Positions 12,425 through 23,600 of a stretch of DNA of 64,000 bases are shown one piece after another. Location of the stretch: assembly GCA_037447605.1 (NCBI GenBank), contig CM074812.1, positions 248,001-312,000 on the forward strand, read 5' to 3'. This DNA is from Zygnema circumcarinatum SAG 698-1b. Lineage: Eukaryota; Plantae; Zygnematophyceae. The notes beneath the pieces were generated by a model. It searched no databases, was not told the DNA's origin, and saw only the letters and a list, made by a program, of their open reading frames with translations. A program made the position numbers and the translations under genes. The number at the start of each line of letters is the position of its first letter. Position 1 is the first letter of the stretch.

Positions 12425-13890
12425 AGTCCCAAAGAGGGGGATTGTTAGTGTATAGTAGTTAGTCACTAGACAAGTTGTTGTTGGGACATTAGTTTTGTGT
12501 GCGTGTGTTGTGTGTGGCCCTTGGCGGCGATGTGCGCCTAGACCGACGGGCGGCGGTACGGACTTTGGTCGGTGGAGAGGCGCTGGGCGCCGGGCGGAGT
12601 CGGGACCGACGAGAGCGACGCCGACGATTCGAATGTGACGGGCGCTGACGCTGACGCGAGCTTAATCGAAGATGTGACGCCGACGCGCGGAAACCGCGCT
12701 GCCGACCCAAACTGACGGGCGCCAGCGCCAGCCTGACATTGGCTGATTTGACTTGGCGCCGGGGCGGCGCCGATTGCCTGGCTACGATTCAGAATTGTAA
12801 TGAGCTAAGGCCGAATTGTCGGTGGCGTGAGACGACGCGAGGATTGACGCGTCATCTATCTTGGAGGCAAGGTCAGATCCTACGGCGCAAGACGTGGACT
12901 GAACGGAAGGCTGAGTCGGATCCGACGCAAGAAAAATGCTGGATCCGTGAGTCTACGATCCACGGCTGAGGATTAGGATCGGGATAAGGCCCTTGCAGGC
13001 CGCTAGTCGATGTTGTGAAGCTTCGTAGCATGTTGTTGTCACGTGTGTAGTGACATAGTATTTAAGGATTGTTTTTGTTGTAGGCAAACAATTCATTCAG
13101 GCTGTTGTAGTCTCTGTTATGCTGTTCGCTCGTGTTGCGACACTACACTTACTCGTGCTGTGAGGTAGTGAGCTGTGAGATTGCTGAGCGGTCGATTTGA
13201 GAGGGGGTCTCTCAATGTATGAGTGAATTCACTATTAAGGAGTTTTAGAGCCAGGAGCTTTCTCCTATTCATTTCTCTCTGTTATTCCGCTGTGCATTAT
13301 TTGCTGTGATTCACTCTGTGAGTAAAATGGGCTATGAGTGAATGTGAGAGATTTGAAGATGTCATCGTCGATTGGAACGCGAACTCCGATGGAGGGTGAC
13401 CCGAATGGAGGAACGGACGGTAGCAGTGGAGGAGTCCCTCCACCAACAGATGAGTTCCAGCGCGGTGCGAGGCGAGCTCCTGGAGACGTGGAGCATCACC
13501 AGCGACATGGAGATGCGCTGTGCGGTAGAGCGCGGTGGCGCGCGGCGGCGTGCAGTAGAACGTGGAGTAGTGCAGCGCTTAGTATTTAAGTAGGAGTTGA
13601 TTAGGAGTTAATCAACCTGAGAGTTCAACTTAATTCAGCTGTAGCTTGGCTCGTGTTGCCGAGTGCAGTTGCCTGGCTGTATGGGCAGCAGGAAGTAGGG
13701 GAGTTAGTCAGAGCATAGGTGGAAGCCTGAGGGCTTGACGTTAATGCTTGTTTCTCTTCATTTCTTTATTAAGGAGTTTTGAGGCCGAGGAGCTTTCTCC
13801 TTACTTATTCTCTTTCGGTGTTTGCTTGATTGGATCATTTGCTTTTCAGTGTGTGCACTTGAGGGTTGTATTGATTCAGACATTGCAAGC

Positions 13891-16133
13891 ATGTCAGAGA
13901 GTGAGAGTAGTGGGAGGGACCAGGCTCAAATTGTCAACAGTGGTATCACAGCGTTTTCCGATGAGGAACCCAGGTATAGGGTCCCGGTTTTCGAAGGGAC
14001 AGATTACAGACATTGGAGGTGGAGGATGACGTACCTGTTGGAGAGCAAGGGCCTCTTCGCACGTGATTCGAGCACCCCTCGAACTTCCTCCGCCGACTCA
14101 GGACGGCGGATCGGAAGGCGCGCTTTGACCTGTGGCAAGTGAAGAACAAGAAGGCCGCAGGATACATCGCCATGACAGTAGGCAATGGCCCCTCTACCAT
14201 GCTGCTAGACTTAAGATCTGCTGCTGAGATGTGGACTAGTCTTCAAGCAGTGTATGAGGTTGCAGAGGGAGGATTGGCAGTAAACCTGTATGCAGAAATA
14301 AGTGCTTGCAGGATGGAAAAGGGAGAAACATTAACCAATTATATAGTGAAATTTGATAGCCTTATGCAGAGGTGTGTAGTGGCTAAGCAGCCGATTCCAT
14401 TACCTAGCAAGATTCACCAATTCCTGGTAGGATTGCCAAGCAAATATGAGGGAACAGTGGAGTCATTGAGGACTCATCTTTCCAGTTTGCCCATGACCAT
14501 GGAGCAAGTCAAAGGGAGGATAAGAGAGGCTGACTCATTGTTAGAAAAGGAGAGTTCAGGTGTAGACAATGTGTTGCTAATCCAGGCTAAGAAAAAGGGG
14601 AGGAATGATCGAAGACCCACCCCAACGTGTTTTACTTGCGGCAAGCTTGGGCATTTGTCGACTGACTGCTACCAGAACAAGGGACGACCCGAGAGCTCGG
14701 ACGAGCCTTCTAGTGACGAGGAAATCACCGAGAGGTCCATTTTTCGAGGGACCTGCTTCAAGTGCGGCAAGAAGGGTCACAGAGCCGCTGTTTGTCGAGG
14801 CGGCGCTACCGAGATGAACCTCATGATGAAGTTGGGTGCACGAGGTGATTTTGAGAAGGACGAGTTTGTTGGAGGTGTCCGAGATGTGGAGGTCGAGCTG
14901 CCATGTCTAGTTGATGCAGGTGTTTCAAAGCACAGGTGCTCTGACAAAACCTTTGGTGCAGAGCAAAGAAAGATGGTGGCGGCAAGATGTGCCAACGCAA
15001 AAACTGGAGAGGGGGTGTACGATTCCCGAGGAGGACGTGTGAAGCTGAAGATTCGAGAAGGGAAGATGAAGAGGACAATCATCATGGGAGATGTCCTACA
15101 CACCCAGGGACTTCAACGTGCGTTCGTGGCAGAGGTAGAGTTTTGTACAGATTGCCTTGCTGGGAAAGCTCATAGCCAGCTTTCAAGCCATGGGAGTGAA
15201 GAGGAGGGCCGAGCCAAGGAAAGGCTTGAGATGGTCCACACTGATATGTGCAGCCCCAATTCTCTTGCTAATTTAGAAGGCTTACAATTCTTTATTACTT
15301 TTCTGAATGATTGTTCTCGGGAAATTCGGGTCCGAATGCTGGAGAGCAAAGCTGAGACCTTTGCTGCATTTGAGAAGTGGCAAGAGGTAGTGGAGCTAGA
15401 ATCCGGGCAAAAGGTGAAGACTTTTCGATTGGACAGCGAAGGAAATTACATATCTTATGTCGCTCGTGTGTGGGGTCTGAAGTGCTACGTGAGTGTGATG
15501 AAGCACGAGTTTGCAGAGAGGAGCAGAGGCTTCAAGCTGCAGGAGAAAACAACAGAGAAAGGCGACAAGGATTTCGAGGAGAACTTTGAGCCGTGGCCCA
15601 ATTTCGAAATTACTATTGGAGCGGACGGTGGCGATTCGGCGATCCTTGGTGGAGAGCCTGCTTACTTCGAATCGACGGTGGAGATGAGCCGATTGGAGGC
15701 GACCGTCGATCAAGCGGACCTTGTGCCGTGTGATGTGATAGAGGAGGAGGAATCAGCGCCGTTGGATGTGAAGATGGAGTCCGATTCGGAGGGAGCGTCA
15801 CCGGTCACGCCGTGCTCTGCATCCGGACCGTTGATCGGGCTTGAGCCTGCAGCGCCTGGCACCACGTCATTAGGTGAGGCCGGACCCTCGGCCGTACCAT
15901 GTACCTTGCTGGCGGTACAGGAGGAAGGCGAAACCGGAGCTGCAACTGACATGGAGGCTCCGTTGAACAAGGACGCTATGGGAGTCGTTCCATTCTTCGG
16001 GATCACGGGGGGACGTGAGCGGAACAATGACGGATGGACAATGAGGATGCCGAACGAGTCGGCTGACTTCGCGAGCATTGCTGCACTCATGATGGGTAGT
16101 GTTGCTGAACACCAAACCCTGCTTGTAGTTTAA
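13891..16133 (+). CDS. Element B gag plus degenerate protease/partial integrase ORF (one frameshift near 14060-14140)
   Basis: MSESESSG...VPVFEGTDYRHWRWRM, then a 664-aa ORF at 14139-16133 with CFTCGKLGHLSTDC, CFKCGKKGHRAAVC and LEMVHTDMC...FITFLNDCSR; no RT or RNaseH motifs before the PPT. Confidence 0.75.
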
Positions 16134-17412
16134 GAGGGGGCGGATGATAGCAATAGGGAGTAGCCTTGAGTAGTGAGCTGAGGAGTCTCATGGTACCAAA
16201 GAAAGATGGATTGCCGTAATAGTATCCTCATAGGCGTAGGAACTTTTGGTTGTTTTGGGCGGCTAGGACCGAGAGGGGGAATGTTGGGTACAATAGGGGT
16301 ATAGCCTAGAATTGTACGCTGTACGGTCCTTAGCCTTTTGTCGGCTGTCCTTGGGAGATTTGGTCACAGTCTGAACAGGGCGCTAGGGCGCTGTTCTTAG
16401 TGGGAACACGAGAAGTCTGAGTAGGACACGTGGAGGGCGGCGATAGGCCGCGCCACCACAGGAGTCTACTTAGAATTGATAAGTATAGTTTGGACACGTG
16501 GCGCGCAGCGATAGGCTGCGCGGTCAGCTTTGTATTGCTTATTGCTTTAGTGGACGACCGTACAAAATGTCCGGAGCGTACGAGATGCATGGGTGTACGG
16601 ACGACCAACACTTAGGCGCTGGAGAAGCGCGCGCGTGGATGCGAAGCTTCGAGAAGGTCGGTGCAGCTTTGGAAGGAGGAAACTGTACGGACCTTCTCCC
16701 TTCTGGCCATGGCGACCCTGAGGATGAGTTCCAGCGCGGTGCGAGGCGAGCTCCTGGAGACGTGGAGCATCACCAGCGACATGGAGATGCGCTGTGCGGT
16801 AGAGCGCGGTGGCGCGCGGCGGCGTGCAGTAGAACGTGGAGTAGTGCAGCGCTTAGTATTTAAGTAGGAGTTGATTAGGAGTTAATCAACCTGAGAGTTC
16901 AACTTAATTCAGCTGTAGCTTGGCTCGTGTTGCCGAGTGCAGTTGCCTGGCTGTATGGGCAGCAGGAAGTAGGGGAGTTAGTCAGAGCATAGGTGGAAGC
17001 CTGAGGGCTTGACGTTAATGCTTGTTTCTCTTCATTTCTTTATTAAGGAGTTTTGAGGCCGAGGAGCTTTCTCCTTACTTATTCTCTTTCGGTGTTTGCT
17101 TGATTGGATCATTTGCTTTTCAGTGTGTGCACTTGAGGGTTGTATTGATTCAGACATTGCAAGCATGTCAGAGAGTGAGAGTAGTGGGAGGGACCAGGCT
17201 CAAATTGTCAACACTCACCTCCTGGAATACGAGCAGCAGCCTCTGCAGCTCTTGGAGAGGGGTTACATGCGACGGGAGCGGCCGAGTCACTAAGATGTGA
17301 GCTGCACTCTGACTGAACACCTCTTGTTTGTTTGGAGGGTTCCACGGATTCCGTATATGTTGAACTGCAGCCCGAGGCAGCGAAGAGGAATCTGCGGGAA
17401 GAAGCCTTCTCA

Positions 17413-17985
17413 TGTGATGGAAGTGTCACTCTTCACTCCCCAAGAAGCACTTCATGAACGTTTCCCTCACTCCCTTTGGATCATCTGACGTTGGACACAC
17501 ACAAGCTCACTCTCTCTCTCTCTTGCTTTCTCTCCCTTTCCCGTTTTTCCCTCTCGCCCTCTCCCTCTCTCCTTCTCCCTTTCCCTCTCCCCCTCTCCCC
17601 CTCTCCGTCTCTCTCCCTTTCACTCCCTTTCCCCCTCTCACGCTCCCTTTTGTCCCTCTCTCTCTCTCTCACTCTCTCCCTCTCAACGCATCTTTCAAGA
17701 CTCAATGTTAATTTCGTCAAAGGCCGTCCTACATTTGTCCTTTTCTCTCTTCCTTCCTGCTTTGCTTCTCTGCACATGCCTTCTCTCTTTGTGTGTCTTC
17801 ATCTTCTTGCGACGGCTTCATCTAATCATCTTTCCTCCCATCCTCCGTACACTCTGTACCGTACAATCTGTACATCGACCTCTAACTTGTCCGGCCTGTA
17901 GGACTTTTAGTATCCCGAACAACACGCTCATGCAACCCAACAAAATGACAATATCCTAACAACCCAAAGCACCACAACCATCACA
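17413..17985. mobile_element. Solo-LTR-like intronic insertion, copy 1 (573 bp)
   Basis: Perfect 8-bp terminal inverted repeat TGTGATGG...CCATCACA; homologous to 20172-20695; no TSD recognised. Confidence 0.5.
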
Positions 17986-19291
17986 TATTAGAGCGGGCTA
18001 ACAATGGCCGCCCGGAGCAGAGGAGCAGAGCAGAAAAAAACCTCCTTCAACTGCCCGAGCCCCTGATTTCTGACGCTCTCACTGGTAACTTGCTGTATGC
18101 AGAATCTATTATGGCGACGGAAGGGGCGGTGGAGTTAGAGGGACCATTTCACCTGCCATCGGTAACTTGACAAAGTTGACGTATTTGTGAGTGGTTCCCC
18201 TTCAATATAATGGAAATGAGAGAAATGATAGACGAAGAAATGAAATTGCCAGTCTGCTTTTCTCTTATTTGAAATGGAAATGTCAAAAAATCAATGAAAC
18301 GTTTAGAGATGTACGGCTGCCAATACATGCATGCTCGCGTGCTAGCTCGGTTGCACATCACAATCTTAAATTTCTTTAAATTAAATTTTTGAGCATCACT
18401 TCCTATTGAGTTCCGCTTGTTGCTGCAAACATCGGCCAAACTCGTGAAACCTCTTTTTGTTTTTTTGCTCCAGAGATTTGAATGGGAATTCCCTATCAGG
18501 CCCTCTCCCGAGATCTATCGGCAACCTTGCGAATCTGCAACACCTGTAAGTGGTCTTGTCTAGCAAGACACCATCCGATGTTTCTTGTTCTACACAATGT
18601 TCATGTTGTGGCCTTTACTTTCACCAATGCCTAGTACCTGACGTAAGGTCGTAGAGTTACGGGCGTACGGATATCTATACGGAGTACGGTTACAGTACAG
18701 TACTGTATTGTACAAAGTACGGATAATGTACTGCACGCCTAGTGTACGGACAATGTACGGTTTTTTGACGGGTGTTTTTCTTTTTTGCTGGCAGGCATTT
18801 GGAGGGGAATTCCCTGACGGGCTCGATCCCAGATTCGATCGGCAACCTTGTGAATCTGCAGACCTTGTAAGAATTTATTTTCTCTTGTTAGAAATGAAAG
18901 TGTAGAAACTCACTGCAGTTTTGAGAGATTAGCGCTGCCAATGCGTGCTTGCGTCCTGGATCGGCTGCACATGCTTGCACATGCTTAAAGTTCAGGATGT
19001 CATACCACGTGTATGCAGATGCGATTCCTCGACATTCATTTGAGGATTCTTTCATAATGTGCTCCGCTTTTTGCTGCAAACATCGGCCAAACTCGTGAAG
19101 CCTCTCTTTCTTTTTTGCAGATACTTATCTTCTAATTCCCTATCAGGCCCTATCCCGGATTCTATCGGCAACCTTCCAAATCTGCGCAAAATGTAAGTAT
19201 TGATTCTCATTTAAAAAAATAAAGAACTGTAGATCCTTACTGCAGATTTCAAAAAAGTGGGGCTGCTAATGCTTGCTCGGCATTCACTTGA

Positions 19292-19585
19292 TGTAGCGGG
19301 TCGCTACATGACCCATGACCCATGACAAGTACAACCTCATGGTACAACATTGACTGTTTATTTTCCAAGAAAATAATTTGTATCACCGAATTCTTCACAT
19401 CTTTGACGGTCGGAAACCTAATTCCCAACTACAAGAATAGGACTTGTGGCCTCCGGTCCTTCACGCAAGGATAAGCAGAAGGTCTGACGGGGGGCCGTAT
19501 GCAGGAGGGGGTAGAGTGTAGGCTTTGCTGAAAGCAAAGAAAGCAAGCATTCAGAGACTAAGGACTGGACTAGGATCCTGTTACA
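19292..19585. mobile_element. Solo-LTR-like intronic insertion (294 bp) starting with the hairpin TGTAGCG-GGT-CGCTACA
   Basis: Interrupts the conserved intron motif CATTCACTTGA|GCATTCTTTCC, has TGT...ACA ends, and carries the same terminal hairpin as the chromovirus LTRs at 49395-49411 and 55978-55994. Confidence 0.55.
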
Positions 19586-20171
19586 CGCGCATTCTTTCCG
19601 CATAAGTTACGCTTTCGCTGCAAACATCGGCCAAACTCGTGAAGCCTCTCTTTCTTTTTTGCAGATTTTTGAATGATAATTCCCTATCGGGCTCTATCCC
19701 GGATTCTATCGCCAACCTCACGAATTTACTTTACCTGTAAGTAATTTCTCCTCTTACTTGAGCATTCTTTCCACATGAATTTTGCTTTTCGTCGCAAACG
19801 CCTGTCATACTCGTGAAGCTTCTTTTTTTTTGCAGATTCTTACGTTCTAATTCCTTTTCGGGCTCTATCCCGGGTTCTATCGGCAACCTCACGAATTTAC
19901 TAATCTTGTAAGTACGTTTTTCCCTTATTTGAAATGAAAGCACAGAAATTCAGTGCGGCTTTGAGATAAGTGGGATTGCCAATGCATGCGCACGCTTTCA
20001 TGAAGCCTCTTTTTTTTTTGCAGAGATGTCGTCAATAATTCCTTGTCGGGTTCTATCCCGGATTCTATCAGCAAACTTGCGAGTTTACAACAATTGTAAG
20101 GACGCACAATAATACAGTGCACTTTGAGAGAAGTGGGGTTGCCAATGCATGCTCACGTCCCAGCTCGGCGG

Positions 20172-20695
20172 TGTGATGGAAGTGTCCCTCTTCATTCCCT
20201 GCAAGCACTAGTCGAGCACATCCCTCAGTCCCTTCAGATCCTTACTCCATGAACACACACAAACAAAGGCTTCAATACATATCTCAACACTCAATCTTTA
20301 TTTTTCAAAGGCCTTCATACAGTTGTCCTCGTCTCTCTTTCCCTTCCTTCTCTGCTTCTCTGCACAGGGCTTCTTTAAGGCTGCTCTTTCATTCCCTTTC
20401 TTTCTGTCTCTCGAACTATCTCCTCTGAGAGTATCTTCTGTCTACGTCTCTCCACTTTTCTGCGACGCTGCATTTCACCTTTTGCGTCCACATCTTGGAT
20501 GATTTACATTCCTCAAAACTCTCACACTTGCAGTCACCAATTGTTCCCTGTACAGATTGTACCGTACATTCCGTACACATACCACACTCTTGTACGGCCT
20601 CTAGGACTTCTAGACTACCAAACAACACAATGCATACAACACAACACAGCACAGCACAATGCAATGTCCCAACAATCCGAAACATTGCAACCACA
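20172..20695. mobile_element. Solo-LTR-like intronic insertion, copy 2 (524 bp)
   Basis: Starts TGTGATGGAAGTGTC like 17413, shares internal blocks, ends CAACCACA, and interrupts the repeated intron cassette. Confidence 0.5.
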
Positions 20696-23600
20696 TGCGC
20701 ACGTATTATGTTTAGGATGTATGGTCACGTGGTTGCGACAGACGTACTGCAGTTACTTATTGGACTCCGTTCTTCAACATTCACTTGAGCATTCTTTCCG
20801 CATGAGTTTCACTTTTTGCTACAAACAATGGCCAAACTCGTGAAGCCTCCTTTTTCTTTGCAGATACTTAGCTTCTAATTCCCTCTCAGGCTCTATTCCG
20901 GATTCTATCGGCAACCTTACGAATCTAAAACAAGTGTAAGCAAACACTTTTTCTCTTATTCGAAATGGAAGCGCAGAAATTCAGTGCAGTTTTGAGAGTA
21001 GTAGGGCTGCCAATGCATGCTCGCGTCCTAGCTCGGCTGCGCATGCATAAGCTTAAAGTTCAGGATGTCACGTCACATGTACAAAGAGGGACGTACTGCA
21101 GTTGATTTTGCACCGTTCCTCGGCATTCACTTCAGTACTCTTTCCCCTTGAGTTTTGCTGAAACACGGGAATCCTCTTTTGTTTTTACAGAGACTTGTCT
21201 TCTAACTCCCTATCGGGCTCAATCCCGGATTCTATCGGCAAGCTCACAAATCTGACCTTTTTGTAAGTATTTTTCTCTAGTTTGAAATGGAAGTGCAAGA
21301 ATTAACGCAGTTTTGAGAGTAGTAGCGCTGCCAATGTATGGTCGCGTCCTAACTCGGTTGCACATGCACACGGGATGTCACGTCACGTGTAAACGGACGT
21401 ACGTACTGCAGTTTCTCAACTCCGTTCCTCATCATTCACTTGAGGATTCTTTCCACTTTTTGCTGCAAACATCGACCAAACTCGTGAAGCCTCCCTTTCT
21501 TTTTTGCAGATACTTAGGTTCTAATTCCCTATCAGGCCCTATCCCGGATTCTATTGGCAACCTTTCGAAACTTGTGGTCTTGTAAGAGTTTTAATCTCTT
21601 ATTGGCAATGGAAGTGCAATATATCAGTGCAAATCTCAAGTGGGGCTGCCAATGCAAGCTTTGCTGCACATGCACACGCTTTAAGTTCAGGAAAGTCTGT
21701 GAAAATTGGCTCAAAGAATTCGTACGAAAAGAAAGAAAGTTATCGTTTTGATGCATATGTACAACATTTGTTTTGATTTCTACGCATCCAGATAAATATT
21801 TCTTGACTTTTTTTTAGTTTCACGGTTACTGAAGGTGGAGTTGCATGTCCGATTTGTTCCAATCTTCTCTTCAAATCACGACAAGCCTAATTTATTTCTC
21901 TGGTATTTTTGTCGTTATGTGTATGTGCAGGTCCTTGGAATACAACAAACTAGAGGGGAGAGTGTCCAGCTTCATCAGCAAACTCACCCGCCTCGTAGTA
22001 TTGTGAGCACCGCTGCATCGACATAGTTGTAGTTGCAGTTTGAGTTTTTGTTTCCCACGGAGAGCTTTCATACATCTCAAACTGTTTCATCAATTTTGCA
22101 CTGCACAAGTGAATGTTTCCAGTGGCTGTGATACAAGTAAGAGTGAATCATCACGTTCAACTGGAAAGCTTCTTTCGCTCTCTAACTCGCCACCTTCAAC
22201 GTCGTCAGGTGGTTACACAACAACAAGTTGACAGGCTCTATAACTCTTGTCATCAGTCTCCGCCTTGATTTCGTGGAAATCCAATACAACTACTTCTCCG
22301 GGCCAATCAAATTTCTAAAGAATGGGCTGACCCCCATTTGCCCTTACGACTTTCTCAACTATACCAGCAATTGCCTTTCCCTCCTTGGCCCATCCCTCGC
22401 CTGTTTCCCCCCTCAAGCGCAGCGACCTCCGCAAGAGTGCGCCTCCTTTTGCCGCAGCAATTCTTCCGCCGGAGCATGCGGGGGACGCGGCACGTGCGGG
22501 TATGATACTCGCACGTGCCGATGTGACGCGGGATATACGCTGTCATCGGGCACATGCATTCCGCAAGGTACGTTTCTCTCTCTCTCTCTCTCTCTCTCTA
22601 ACGTGCTAATTGTAGATACTCTTGGAAAGGGGCAGAAAGGGGTGGCATAGGTAAGGGGAAACTATCGCGTTGCTAGAGCGTTTGCATTGTCGTCAAGCAT
22701 TGCTGTGAGAGCACACTGAATGCGATCCATGTGACGCCGCCTGAAGGGATTCTATTCTCAAACTTCTAGAAGCATATCGCAAAATATACATACTTGGTAT
22801 GTTCAAGCAAGCTCATTCAGAACATGGAGCAGAGTTTGATTAGGATGTATCGAGAATGCCGCTCTCATAACATGTTTCAGCTTTCGATAATCGTCTCGAC
22901 CCATCCCAAACCCGTGCAACCCACAACATATTTCGGCTTCATCTGCAAAAGTTGGATAACTTGCGAGTCTGACGTTGCAGCTTTTGAGACAAAAAATTAT
23001 AAGAATGAATGGAAATGGTTCACAGGAATGGTTCTGCATCCTCCCTGTACATTTATAAGAACGTGTTCTGATCAGATTATGTAAGCCATGGAAGTAGTCC
23101 AGCCTTAATTCTGAACGGGAGCTCCTAAAATGCCCTGAATTCCTGCAGGTCCATCTCCTCCAATACTATCCCCACCTCGGCCTTCCCCTCCTCCCCGTCC
23201 TCCATTCTCTCCTCGTCGTCCCCCTCCTCGCCCTTCTCCTTCAGCCTTATCTTCCCTTAAGAATGATGGTACTCTTCGCCTTCTCCCTTACCACCTCCTA
23301 TGGCTTCTCTTGCGTACTGTGACTATCTATTCCTTTCTTTCTTCAGATACCTTTGAAGTAATTCGATTGAATCGAGTCTGCACAATCGTTGGACATGAAG
23401 ATCACCACAGCGTTGGGCTGCAGTCAATTCTTTGTTTTTTGTTATCAATAGGTTATTGGATGGGAAGTTTGTGGTTTTCTGACGAGAGATCCGTCAGATT
23501 CTTCTTCACAAGGCACTACGAGTTGTCTCGCTGCATCAAATTCTGAGAGAGGTCAACATAACAACGGTCGATTAAGCAATGTATAATGTTTCCTATGCTA

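Larger units (their letters stand above)
4217..13448 (+). mobile_element. Ty1/Copia family 'A' tandem: LTR(partial)-internal-LTR-internal-LTR
   Basis: LTR end at 4217-4237; full LTRs at 7184-8190 and 12443-13448 (TGTTAG...CCAACA). tRNA-iMet-type PBS TGGTATCAGAGC at 4240-4251 and 8193-8204; PPT AAAGAGGGGGAT before both full LTRs. Copia domain order gag-PR-IN-RT-RH. Confidence 0.92.
4035..17213 (+). mobile_element. Copia-derived LTR element 'B' (non-autonomous, lacks RT/RNaseH); its 5' LTR is interrupted by element A
   Basis: TG...CA ends with 5-bp TSD CTCAC (4030-4034 and 17214-17218). 3' LTR at 16282-17213 (932 bp) is preceded by PPT GAGAGGGGGAA (16271-16281). 5' LTR pieces at 4035-4206 and 13449-13939 match it. 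PBS TGGTATCACAGC at 13941-13952. Confidence 0.92.
3684..23267 (+). pseudogene. Secreted LRR receptor-like protein (signal peptide, LRRNT, ~12 plant LRRs, EGF-like Cys module, Pro-rich tract), disrupted by a retrotransposon insertion in exon 2; 3' end uncertain
   Basis: GT-AG exons in a continuous stop-free frame: 3684-3840 (hydrophobic LLRTLLALLLAAAAA); 3983-4034 joined to 17219-17296 (DALLAVKAAF...LTSW...CSSWRGVTC); 18103-18186; ten 72-nt exons at 18474-18545, 18795-18866, 19121-19192, 19665-19736, 19836-19907, 20024-20095, 20864-20935, 21191-21262, 21510-21581 and 21931-22002 (xLxxNSLSGSIPDSIGNLxxL); 22209-22567 (last LRRs plus CGGRGTCGYDTRTCRCDAGYTLSSGTC); and 23149 to ~23267 (PSPPILSPPRPSPPPRPP...). 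Confidence 0.88.

Noticed and set aside
17022-17300. 92-aa ORF fusing LTR-B to the LRR exon in frame (possible rescue of the gene)
   Set aside because: It starts at a non-ATG codon. The real LTR ATG (17165) is out of frame, and the good acceptors in the LTR (TTTTCAG, ATTCAG) are phase 0 whereas exon 1 ends in phase 1.
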